Positions 9,556 to 18,162 of a stretch of 64,000 nucleotides of DNA are shown here, one piece after another (within the stretch, counting starts at the first letter, position 1; each line of letters starts with the position of its first letter). This stretch comes from Candidatus Micrarchaeota archaeon (GTDB taxonomy: Archaea > Micrarchaeota > Micrarchaeia > Micrarchaeales > CABMGC01): the NCBI GenBank assembly GCA_027334165.1, contig DAHWXM010000014.1, positions 9,437 through 73,436 on the forward strand, in the 5' to 3' direction. Under the pieces are notes generated by a model, which was given only the letters and a program-made list of their open reading frames with translations, did not search any database and was not told the origin of the DNA. The position numbers and the translations under genes are program-made.

Positions 9556-10386
9556 TCAGGACTTCTCTATGCTGGTTACGTACGGCTGGCCGCACACGCT
9601 CTGCGGCTGGTTCCCGTCAGCCTGGCATATGTCTGCGGTAAGCAGGTTCGCCGTGCCGACTATTGACTGCGACTGTATTGAACCATGGTTGCCCAGGTTT
9701 GCTGCTATCTCTGACCAGTTAAGGCCATCGAGCACCAGTGCCGGATCATAGCTTGCCCCAACCTGAACGCTCCTGTTTGCTATGTCTATGAATGGGATCG
9801 AGCCGCCGCTGTCGAACGCGGATACGGCCGCGTTCTCGACAGCGTCCGTTGACTGGAGAGCGGGATACCTGCCATTGACGAGCGTGTTCTTCTGGGTCTC
9901 CACCGCCACAAAGGAGATGTACTTGCTCGTGTACGTTGAGTTATAGAAAGTGAATGTGGGGGTGCTTGCGTCTATGTCGGATGGGCTGGATGTCATGTAC
10001 CTCAGCCCGGTGAAGTTGCCGAAGCGCATTAGTGCCACAACGAGTGCCCACCTCTCCGCCGCACAGTAAGGGCAGTACTCTGCACCGACGTAGAGCACCT
10101 CGGGCTTACCGTTGAGCGTGAGCATAGTCATGTTGGATACCGGGAGCGGCGCACCGTACACCATCTTCTCGTTTATGAGGTGCGTGACGTTCTGGCTGTT
10201 GCTTACTGCGCTAGATACCGCCAGCTCGTTCATCACGGACTGCGGTACGATGACGCCGTCGTAGGCGACTAGGCCGCTTGCTGCCTTCTGCGCTGTGCCG
10301 TTTCCGGACTGCAGGAACAATGCGGCCACAACTGCAAGTATCACAACGAACACTGCTGAGTACATGTATTTCTTTTCCATTGCCAC
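9556..10386 (-). CDS. Membrane-anchored thioredoxin-fold protein (DUF929/DsbA-like)
   Basis: N-terminal anchor helix followed by an [11 protein letters not shown] CxxC motif. It lies 8 nt from the VKOR gene. Confidence 0.65.
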   Translation of the reverse strand: MAMEKKYMYSAVFVVILAVVAALFLQSGNGTAQKAASGLVAYDGVIVPQSVMNELAVSSAVSNSQNVTHLINEKMVYGAPLPVSNMTMLTLNGKPEVLYVGAEYCPYCAAERWALVVALMRFGNFTGLRYMTSSPSDIDASTPTFTFYNSTYTSKYISFVAVETQKNTLVNGRYPALQSTDAVENAAVSAFDSGGSIPFIDIANRSVQVGASYDPALVLDGLNWSEIAANLGNHGSIQSQSIVGTANLLTADICQADGNQPQSVCGQPYVTSIEKS

Positions 10387-10586
10387 ATCCTTTTTGCATT
10401 TAAGTAGAAATCGCCATCAGGCCCGTAACCGTGCGCGGGTACGTGGCGGGCTTAAAGCCTCCAATAATATTCCAGAATCAGACTATTTATACCTTGTGGT
10501 GAATTGCTTGGCCCTCGGGAATGAAGGAGCCACATGGCGCTGGCGCTATCTCAAAATCCAATGAATCCGCGCAGAATGAAATGTTA

Positions 10587-10874
10587 TCAGGCATCGTCGT
10601 GGAGGGCCTGGAGCATGCGTATTATGGACAGGCGGTCCATTGCACGGCGTGCGTTGGATGCCGCAGTTCCGCTGCATCTTCTCGCGTACGCCTCAAGCGC
10701 ATCTATCGCCGCATCCTGCTTTTCCGGAGCGCGCATGGCCCCCGATTCCAGCGATCGGATAGCTGCGATCGCCTCCCCACCCGCAAGCGGGGCACTTCTG
10801 CGCAAAGCTCTGGCTAGCGTGCATACTCTTTCCATCACTCCCAACCCTACGAATTTCTTTGGGTCTTTTATCAT
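10587..10874 (-). CDS. Small hypothetical protein (95 aa)
   Basis: ATG preceded by A/T-rich TATA-like sequence. Competing plus-strand ORFs overlap it, so the call is weak. Confidence 0.35.
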   Translation of the reverse strand: MIKDPKKFVGLGVMERVCTLARALRRSAPLAGGEAIAAIRSLESGAMRAPEKQDAAIDALEAYARRCSGTAASNARRAMDRLSIIRMLQALHDDA

Positions 10875-10919
10875 ATTTAAAAGTTTGCAAATTCTAAAAA
10901 TATCTTAAACGGATTGCGC

Positions 10920-12473
10920 TCAGAGCGTGCTCTGACTGCTTCCGCTCCGGCGTGTGACAGCCGATATTTTTCCATTTATATCCCTGAGTATGCTGAGCAT
11001 CTTCAATTCCCTCTGCCGGGATATGTAGAAGTATATCTGATCCTTGGTGTCCTTGGCGAGCAGCAGGTATATCTCTCCAGACCCGAACCGCCCCGTTCTC
11101 CCGCGGCGCTGTATGTTGCGTATCTCGTTCGGTATCGCTTCGTAGAAGAGCACCAGGTCGACGCCAGGTATGTCTATGCCCTCCTCCCCTATCGAACTTG
11201 CGACCAGAACCCTGAACTTCCCGTTCCTGAAGTCTTCTATAGTCCTCTTCTGTGCATCCTGCGTGAACCCCTCCTTCTTTCCTATGAACGGCGCTGCCGG
11301 TATTCCGTTGTTGTTAAGGTACTCCACAAGCATTTTCACCGTTGACCTGTACTGCGCAAAGACTATTGAGCTGGTGTTCCTGTAATCCTTTATTATATCA
11401 AGCACGGAGAGCACCTTTGGATGCTCCTCACCGTTCTTCAGCGCTTCATGCGCGGACGCACGGGCGGCAACTACGCGCTGGCTCTTTAACAGATGCTCCA
11501 GACTCCTGCTCTTTTTCTCTCTCGCGTACAGCGAGTCGATGTACTTCGAGAAGGGGTATATGCCCTCGACAACAAGCAGGTCGTACGCGTGTGTGAGGTT
11601 CAGCAACTTAGAGTAGCTGAACATGGCCGCGAACTTGTAGCTCTGCGATGCCATTCGATCTATCTGGTTGCCCAGCTCTATCAGCCTGCCCTTTGGTATG
11701 GTCTCGAAATTCCTGAAGTGGAACAGGCCGAGTTTGTGCAGGCCGTCCAGGCTCTCGTTTATCTCTGGCTTCAGCAGCCCGGCTATCTCGCGTATCCTTG
11801 GGCTCAGATCCACGTTGACAACGTGCACCCTATTCGGCATGACGTACTTTGCGACGTCGCCGTCGGTTGATATCCTGGCCTCTATGTGCCTTATCGCGAG
11901 CGTCTTCACCAGCGCGTTTATCTTTTCCTTCTTGCCGCCAGGAGAGGCGGTGAGCCCCACCATAAGCACGCCCCGCACGTCGCACTCGTTTGCGATGTAC
12001 GTGTATGCGTACTTGCCAACCGCACGATGGCATTCGTCGAAGACAACAGCGCCGAACGAATCCAGCGATATGCTCCCGGCCTTGAGGTCGTTGGCGAACG
12101 TCTGCGGGGTGGCGATGATGACCTTGGCCTTTCCTTCGAGGAGCGCGCGGGCGCCTTTCTGCATGGACCCGGTAAGCAACAGCAGTTCGTCCTCCGGAAG
12201 GCCGAGCAGCCTGCGCAGAGAATTGTAGTGCTGCTCCGCCAATGGTTTTGTTGGCGCCAGAAACGCGGAGCGTAGGCCATTGGAAGCCGCATCGGCCACA
12301 ACCCCTGCGCCTATTATCGTCTTGCCGAGCCCGGTGGGCAGCACCACAAGGGTGTTGCCGCTGGCGAGTATCGACTTCAGTATATTGGCCTGGTACTCCC
12401 TGAACTCTATTCCGTCCAGGTTCATCATCTGGGCGCCCTTGCCTATGCCGTACCAGCGGCCATCAATAGCCAT
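10920..12473 (-). CDS. Superfamily-2 helicase, Hef/FANCM/Mph1-like (helicase-only)
   Basis: Motifs I PTGLGKT, II DECH and VI QRRGRTGR. Start moved to ATG 12473 because the ORF-track N-terminus (to 12644) runs antisense through the tRNA. Alternative ATG 12428. No ERCC4 nuclease domain. Confidence 0.8.
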   Translation of the reverse strand: MAIDGRWYGIGKGAQMMNLDGIEFREYQANILKSILASGNTLVVLPTGLGKTIIGAGVVADAASNGLRSAFLAPTKPLAEQHYNSLRRLLGLPEDELLLLTGSMQKGARALLEGKAKVIIATPQTFANDLKAGSISLDSFGAVVFDECHRAVGKYAYTYIANECDVRGVLMVGLTASPGGKKEKINALVKTLAIRHIEARISTDGDVAKYVMPNRVHVVNVDLSPRIREIAGLLKPEINESLDGLHKLGLFHFRNFETIPKGRLIELGNQIDRMASQSYKFAAMFSYSKLLNLTHAYDLLVVEGIYPFSKYIDSLYAREKKSRSLEHLLKSQRVVAARASAHEALKNGEEHPKVLSVLDIIKDYRNTSSIVFAQYRSTVKMLVEYLNNNGIPAAPFIGKKEGFTQDAQKRTIEDFRNGKFRVLVASSIGEEGIDIPGVDLVLFYEAIPNEIRNIQRRGRTGRFGSGEIYLLLAKDTKDQIYFYISRQRELKMLSILRDINGKISAVTRRSGSSQSTL

Positions 12474-12510
12474 AAAAATCAGTCGTGATAAAGAATGTCC
12501 TGACAAGAGT

Positions 12511-12517
12511 TTTAAAG
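12511..12517 (+). promoter_or_regulatory. TATA box of tRNA-Phe
   Basis: TTTAAAG lies 26-32 nt upstream of the tRNA 5' end. Confidence 0.5.
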
Positions 12518-12542
12518 CTTTAGAGATAAAGGAGTGTATTGC

Positions 12543-12643
12543 GCCGCAGTAGCTCAGTCCGGGAGAGCGTTCGGCTGAAGATGAAACCGAATGGTTTCTG
12601 ATCAGATACCGAAATGTCGCAGGTTCAAATCCTGCCTGCGGCA
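12543..12643 (+). tRNA. tRNA-Phe (GAA) with a 27-nt intron at the canonical 37/38 position
   Basis: Acceptor GCCGCAG/CTGCGGC, D stem GCTC/GAGC, anticodon stem TTCGG/CCGAA, loop CTGAAGA (GAA at 12577-12579), T arm GCAGG-TTCAAAT-CCTGC. Intron 12581-12607. No encoded CCA. Confidence 0.9.
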
Positions 12644-12689
12644 TGATTTTACACGTTTGTGCCGGAGAGCTCGCACAGCAGAAGCGCTC

Positions 12690-13502
12690 TCATCGAATGA
12701 ACCGCTCGATCGCTTTGACGTTCTCTGCCATAAGAAACAGGTCGTCCTGTTCGCTCTCCCAGTGCTCTGCCGGCAGTTTTGAGTAAGACCTAACTTCGTT
12801 CCCCCACATCCGCGCCAGATCCCTGAAGGAGTCCCGCACCTCCGCAAGTTCTCCATCATTAAGCGACCTGTTTTCACGCTCCGCCGCGTCTATCAGGATC
12901 CTGAATTGTACCATCACGCCCCACAGTCTTTGTTCAGAGTAATCGGAATGCAGGTAGTTCGTGTATCCGCGCTCTTCTATGAAATCCACATGCGTACGAT
13001 CCAGCAATAGCCTGTCGGACCATTTTCGAAGGACGGATTTGAGCTTTTCCGGGAGGTCGGGCATCCTGTCGAGCCTCGACAGAGCCATTTTTAGCACAAC
13101 GTCTTTTGAATATCCGTCCGACATTTCGTTGGGACGCATCTCGTCCATTGAGCGCCTTGCTGAGAACAATTCCGTGAGCTCTCTGGCAGCGATTGCGTCT
13201 TCCCGGGCGTATTCGGCATCTCGAACTGCGGCGTAGATATCGCGGAACAGCGTCAGAGTGATGGCGCGCGACGGCTCGTCCGACATTAGCGCAGCGGACA
13301 CGGCGAGCCCGTAGTACATGGCGGTAACCCCTATGTCCCGTGACGCATCGGCAACTGCCTTGGCTTTGTCAGCGGCAACACCGTATGCCATCGCAGCGTT
13401 TGCGAGATTTCCAATGCGATACTGATCTTCGGCGATGCGCACGAACTTGCCATACTCCTTTGAAAGATCGGTGTGTGCGCGTCCGGATTTGAACGATTCC
13501 AT
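12690..13502 (-). CDS. Hypothetical helical protein (270 aa)
   Basis: Long ORF with no recognisable motif. Confidence 0.55.
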   Translation of the reverse strand: MESFKSGRAHTDLSKEYGKFVRIAEDQYRIGNLANAAMAYGVAADKAKAVADASRDIGVTAMYYGLAVSAALMSDEPSRAITLTLFRDIYAAVRDAEYAREDAIAARELTELFSARRSMDEMRPNEMSDGYSKDVVLKMALSRLDRMPDLPEKLKSVLRKWSDRLLLDRTHVDFIEERGYTNYLHSDYSEQRLWGVMVQFRILIDAAERENRSLNDGELAEVRDSFRDLARMWGNEVRSYSKLPAEHWESEQDDLFLMAENVKAIERFIR

Positions 13503-13835
13503 GGCATGTCGCCTTGCGGCAAAGATTGCTGGTGAACCTTATGGCATCGATCGAGTTTATATGCATTTTCTACGTTTCGGCAGTCGCGTGCAGAGTAATG
13601 CGCGGACGTAATATCCGCGTGAGAGTAAATCGGCAGTTTGATGCTGCGCCAGTGTGGCTATAAGCGTAGGAAAGCATTAAATATGAGAAAAACCGATTTT
13701 ATTTCCGGCTATTTTTGTTTAGTAAGGCACGGAACACAGTAAGGCAACGGTGATTGCACGCAATACAAGAGAATTCCACCGATAGGGGAGGCACGACATC
13801 ATAGCGGTGCGAGTGAACAGAACAGGCTAGGGGAG

Positions 13836-14519
13836 TTGCACCGGGACAGGAGCATACGCGCTATGGTGCGCATGAACTCGCGCATACGCGATATTGCATT
13901 CCTGAACCCGCACGCTGCGCGAAGCCGGCGGCGCGAAGGGCTTAAGGTGTTCTGTGGAAGCAGCTGGTCTGAAGCGGTGGGTCTGGCAAAAGAGGCCGTA
14001 ATCGCCAAGGCCGCAATAGCGGACGAGTCGGTACTTTACCCGAGCATGCAGCCGCTAGTCAGCGACCGCGGAAAAAGCGATCCCGAATTGATAAGGATAT
14101 CCAATACGCTCTATTCCCTGGAGCTGCTAAAGGGCACCGGAAACGCGGGCAGGAGGTACGCGGACATGGCGGCGCGCATGCTGCAGAAGAGCATGTCAAG
14201 CAGCGAGGATGTGCAGCTGCTGCTTGATGACAGGAATGCACTTGACACGCTTTCCGAGGTAATAAATTCGGCTAGGGTGGACGTTGAGTTCTTCGCGCGC
14301 TTCGTAGCGCTAGAGCAGGCAGGCAACTTTAAGGTCGACTCCCTGAAGTACTCAAAAGACTGGCTGAAGCGTAGGATAAACGCGAGGATGGACGCATGGA
14401 GCAGCGGATACGTTGTCGTTGGGGGCGTCAATGACACGCTTTACGTGGCTACGAGGCTAACCGGCCGGACAGATGGGAGTGTGAAACACGAACTCGCCGA
14501 TGTTGCAAGGGAGGAGTGA
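13836..14519 (+). CDS. Hypothetical protein (up to 227 aa, start uncertain)
   Basis: Long ORF divergent from 12690..13502. No motif recognised. Confidence 0.5.
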   Translation: MHRDRSIRAMVRMNSRIRDIAFLNPHAARSRRREGLKVFCGSSWSEAVGLAKEAVIAKAAIADESVLYPSMQPLVSDRGKSDPELIRISNTLYSLELLKGTGNAGRRYADMAARMLQKSMSSSEDVQLLLDDRNALDTLSEVINSARVDVEFFARFVALEQAGNFKVDSLKYSKDWLKRRINARMDAWSSGYVVVGGVNDTLYVATRLTGRTDGSVKHELADVAREE

Positions 14520-14545
14520 CCCCTCTGCTCGTAGGCCGAACAGGG

Positions 14546-16144
14546 TCACTTAAGTCCGCTTTGCACTATTCCTTCGGAAGTCATCACTGTCACAGTAGCG
14601 ATGGCGTTGGCCGGCAGCGCGCCGTACGGATAGTCGAACGAGTACCCCAATGTCACGTTCGAGTGAGCCGGGATGACGTATCCCACGGGCAGCAATTTCC
14701 TTGGGTCTGGAGCTTTATTCAGCAGCGTCATGCTTCCGTTCGTGCTTATTATGAAGTTGGCGAATGAGAGATGAGGATTGCCGACTTCGGGAGGAATGCA
14801 TCCGGCACTGGCATCCTGGCCTTCAGGCACGTGTATCGACACGTGCACGATCGGCCGGTCAAGAGTCAGGTTTAGTGTGCGCAGCCCGTTCGCGTCCGGC
14901 TCCGCGCACGCTCGTGATACGTTTATAACTAGGGTGGAATTTCCCTGCTGTTCATAGCCATAGCCGTATCTTGCATCATGGCCCGTGCCGTTTTCTTGGC
15001 TCTGCCAGCGCATGTCGTACATGAACACGGGCGCTTGTCTCGCGTCTCCGCCCATCATTTCGTGCATGGCACCGCGTATGAACACGTGATTCTGCTGTGA
15101 CGTGATATTCCCGAGTCCCTCGCCGATGCTGGCGCCCATTAACGTCACGCTTGCGTTGCCGATGTTGCTCAATTCGATGCCGAACGCGTAGTGCGTGCCG
15201 TTGTTTGACAGCGTCGCATTGAGTATGCGCACCTCTTCATTCTGCCCGTAGAACATTCGCGGCAGCGGGCCGGGAATCGGGTGCGTTGACGACACGTAGG
15301 AATAGTTGCCCGCCGTTATCTCCGTCCTGAATGACCCATTCCATACAGCGGTTGCGCGGAGTGACGGCACCATGACAAATTCGCTGTTGTTTTGCGAGTA
15401 CGCTTCCATCACCGTAGGCATGAAGTCCAAAAGCACGGTTGATGATGAATTTATCCTTCCGGCTCCGAGAATGCGCGAAGTCACGGAGTTAAAAGGCACG
15501 TAAACCGCGTATATGGAATTTGATATCACTATGCTTGCTGAGGATATGTTGAACCTCACGTCCTTGGCGGTCGAATTGCTGTAGAGCGTCGTGCCGCCTA
15601 TTATCTGACTCGCATTTACAAGCGACAGCAGGTCAAGCCTGCCGCTCGAATTGGAGTATACCCACGAATAGGAATCGCCATTGCTCTCGTTTATGCCCAC
15701 GGACGAGTAGTTTATGTACAGGGCCTGCGTGCCGTAAGGGACCACAGGAGGGTCGGTTATGCTTATCGGCACGTACACCGATTGTGAGTGCGCGGCGTAA
15801 CCCGAATACGCGTATAGCGCCACGAGCGCGATGGCGATGGCGAACGCGCCGAGCGCGGGAGCCTTCTTGCCGAAGCCGGCACGGATTGGCTGCACCATGC
15901 CCCCCTCCGGCTCGTCGCCGTGGTTAACCCGGTAATACTTCCATTTCTTTACGTGGCTGTTCTCCTGCTGCGATATCTCACCGGACAACTCCATGTCATG
16001 CAGGTGCTTGCTTACGGTAGAAGGAGCAAGGCCGAGTCTCCTGGAGATCAGCGTCAGCGTGTTGTCCCCGCGCGCTATCAGTTTCAATATCTTGCCCTTC
16101 GTGTTGCCCTGGCTGCTCATCGATACACCGGATACTCGTTGCAC
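14546..16144 (-). CDS. Membrane-anchored ArsR-type wHTH protein with a large extracytoplasmic domain
   Basis: N-terminal KILKLIARGDNTLTLISRRLGLAPSTVSKHLHDMELSGEI, then one TM helix (ALGAFAIAIALVALYAY), then about 400 aa rich in N-x-S/T sequons. Alternative start 16120. Confidence 0.7.
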   Translation of the reverse strand: MQRVSGVSMSSQGNTKGKILKLIARGDNTLTLISRRLGLAPSTVSKHLHDMELSGEISQQENSHVKKWKYYRVNHGDEPEGGMVQPIRAGFGKKAPALGAFAIAIALVALYAYSGYAAHSQSVYVPISITDPPVVPYGTQALYINYSSVGINESNGDSYSWVYSNSSGRLDLLSLVNASQIIGGTTLYSNSTAKDVRFNISSASIVISNSIYAVYVPFNSVTSRILGAGRINSSSTVLLDFMPTVMEAYSQNNSEFVMVPSLRATAVWNGSFRTEITAGNYSYVSSTHPIPGPLPRMFYGQNEEVRILNATLSNNGTHYAFGIELSNIGNASVTLMGASIGEGLGNITSQQNHVFIRGAMHEMMGGDARQAPVFMYDMRWQSQENGTGHDARYGYGYEQQGNSTLVINVSRACAEPDANGLRTLNLTLDRPIVHVSIHVPEGQDASAGCIPPEVGNPHLSFANFIISTNGSMTLLNKAPDPRKLLPVGYVIPAHSNVTLGYSFDYPYGALPANAIATVTVMTSEGIVQSGLK

Positions 16145-16170
16145 GTCGGATTATATAACCATTTCCCAAC

Positions 16171-16206
16171 GTTTCGTTTTGAAAAGCGAAACATTTGCGA
16201 AACATT
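16171..16206. promoter_or_regulatory. Operator-like repeats in the divergent promoter region
   Basis: Inverted repeat GTTTCG (16171-16176) / CGAAAC (16187-16192), plus tandem GCGAAACATT x2 (16186-16195 and 16197-16206). They lie between TATA-like ATTATATAA and CTATTTATAA. Confidence 0.4.
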
Positions 16207-16243
16207 CAGGAACCTATTTATAAGCGCGTGGAGATATGTCAGC

Positions 16244-16933
16244 ATGGCGAAATGCTCGGTTAGAGCAAGCAGGGTTTACAAGACCTACCGATCGGGAGGC
16301 ATGGAAGTTAATGCGCTTGAGGATATTTCCTTCTCGTTGGACGAGGGGGACTTTGCGGCCATACTCGGCCCGTCGGGCAGCGGGAAGTCTACGCTCATGA
16401 ACGTCCTGGGCACGATAGACAAGCCCACGCAGGGCCACGTTTTTATAGACGGGACAGACACGTCCTCGATGACTGGGAGCGAACTCGCCAGATTTAGGAA
16501 CAGAAAACTCGGCTTCGTGTTCCAGGCATTCAACCTGGTAAACGGCATAACCGCGCAGAAGAACGTGGAGTTGCCGCTGATGCTGAGCAACGTTCCGAGG
16601 GACGAGCGGGAGAAACGCGCGAGAGCGCTTCTCACGCAGCTCGGACTGGGGCACAGGCTGTCGCTGAAGCCCACGCAGCTTAGCGGGGGGGAGCAGCAGC
16701 GTGTTGCCGTTGCTCGTGCGCTGATCAACAAACCATCATTGATACTGGCGGACGAGCCGACAGGGAACCTAGACACCAAGGCTGGCGACGAAGTCGTTGC
16801 CATACTTCACAAGATAAGCCGGGAGGACAAGGTCACCGTAGTGATGGTGACGCACAATCCAGACATCACGAGGCATTGCGATAAGGTAATCAGAATAAAG
16901 GATGGAAAAATGGAGAGAGGCATGACAAAATGA
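16244..16933 (+). CDS. ABC transporter ATP-binding protein (MacB/LolD-like)
   Basis: Walker [10 protein letters not shown], signature LSGGEQQR, Walker B LILADEPT. Start at ATG 16244 ([13 protein letters not shown]), in frame with the longer ORF-track entry. Confidence 0.9.
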   Translation: MAKCSVRASRVYKTYRSGGMEVNALEDISFSLDEGDFAAILGPSGSGKSTLMNVLGTIDKPTQGHVFIDGTDTSSMTGSELARFRNRKLGFVFQAFNLVNGITAQKNVELPLMLSNVPRDEREKRARALLTQLGLGHRLSLKPTQLSGGEQQRVAVARALINKPSLILADEPTGNLDTKAGDEVVAILHKISREDKVTVVMVTHNPDITRHCDKVIRIKDGKMERGMTK

Positions 16934-18162
16934 GAGTAATAATGGCACTGTTGACACTGTTCATGGCTGCACCGCTCGCGTTCGCGGCGCTTAGCGGGCC
17001 TTCGCCCATACCGGCACCGCCCAATTTCTACATCAGCTCGCGGGCTGCGATGCTGTGCAGCGGCCAGGTTAACAACATCCCTATAAACATAATGGATAGC
17101 GGTGCGGCGAGCCCGCAGATGCAGAGCGTAGTGCTGGGCATAGGTGGCGCGAAGGGCGTGTACCTTGTAGGGAACGGCACGGTGAATGCCGGGAATGTGA
17201 ATCCCAACACGTCGAAGACGGCGTATCTGCCCGTCTTCGTAGGTACGAACACCTCTTCCCTGTTCTCCCTCGGCGTGTCTATCAATTATTACTTCGACAC
17301 GCTGTACTCCGACAGCGAGACGAGGAACATAACGTTCGCCGTGGGTTCCTGCCCGAGCCCGCTCGGAATAAGCGTGAACCCGAACAGCCTCGCCGCGGGG
17401 GGGATAGAGAACGTGAGCGTCAGTCTGAGCAATGTGGGCAGGTCGGCGTTCAGCTCGGTTGTGCTGCGCATGTCGCTCCCAGGAGATGACGGCGCGCTGC
17501 TCAGCAGACAGCCGATGCTGGTCGGCACGATAGCCCCGGGTGTGACCAGGAATATCACCGGCTCGTTGTTCGTATACAAGAACGCATCCCAGCTGGTTCC
17601 GCTAAACGTAACTGCCACGTTCTACAATGGCACGATGCTGAATCAAGTGTCGGACAACATCGAGATGCTTACCAGCGGCAGGATAAACATGACGTCCTCC
17701 GGGTTCGCCACTTCTCCCGCACTACCATCAGCAGGAAGCATATTCTCGGTATCATTCGTTCTTACCGACATTGGCACTGCAGGTGCGTCTGCGGTAACGG
17801 CCACTCCAGTGCTCCCGGCGGGCTTCTCGAGCTACGGCTCCAATTCGGTGTTCATAGGCGACATAGGAGTCGACAGCCAGACGCCGGTAACGGTATCGAT
17901 AGAGGCCGATGGGAGCGTTAAACAAGGAACGTACCGCATACCCATAAAGCTGAATTATCTGAATGGCATAAGGCAGAACATGACAGCGTGGGCAAATGCC
18001 AGCGTGGTGATAGGAGCATCGGCATTCAACGCCACGCAGGCCAGAGGCGTGAGGGTCGTGCATCCGCAGACGGGCGGCGGCATCGTGGTCATTGCACTGC
18101 TGCTTGCCGTGATCGTGCTCGCAGTTCTTTTCTTCAGGGAGAGAAGGAGGAATAGGAAATGA
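16930..18162 (+). CDS. Secreted, C-terminally anchored surface protein
   Basis: Signal peptide MALLTLFMAAPLAFA, many N-x-S/T sequons, C-terminal TM plus RERRRNRK. Start and stop overlap the flanking ABC genes. Confidence 0.65.
   Translation: MRVIMALLTLFMAAPLAFAALSGPSPIPAPPNFYISSRAAMLCSGQVNNIPINIMDSGAASPQMQSVVLGIGGAKGVYLVGNGTVNAGNVNPNTSKTAYLPVFVGTNTSSLFSLGVSINYYFDTLYSDSETRNITFAVGSCPSPLGISVNPNSLAAGGIENVSVSLSNVGRSAFSSVVLRMSLPGDDGALLSRQPMLVGTIAPGVTRNITGSLFVYKNASQLVPLNVTATFYNGTMLNQVSDNIEMLTSGRINMTSSGFATSPALPSAGSIFSVSFVLTDIGTAGASAVTATPVLPAGFSSYGSNSVFIGDIGVDSQTPVTVSIEADGSVKQGTYRIPIKLNYLNGIRQNMTAWANASVVIGASAFNATQARGVRVVHPQTGGGIVVIALLLAVIVLAVLFFRERRRNRK

Noticed and set aside
10521-10908. Plus-strand ORFs 10521..10817 and 10534..10908.
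   Set aside because: They overlap each other and the minus-strand 95-aa ORF, which has the better start context. None has a recognisable motif, so only the minus-strand ORF was listed, with low confidence.
12474-12644. N-terminal 57 codons of the 574-aa ORF 10920..12644.
   Set aside because: This stretch is antisense to tRNA-Phe and its promoter. The helicase motifs begin after the internal ATG at 12473.
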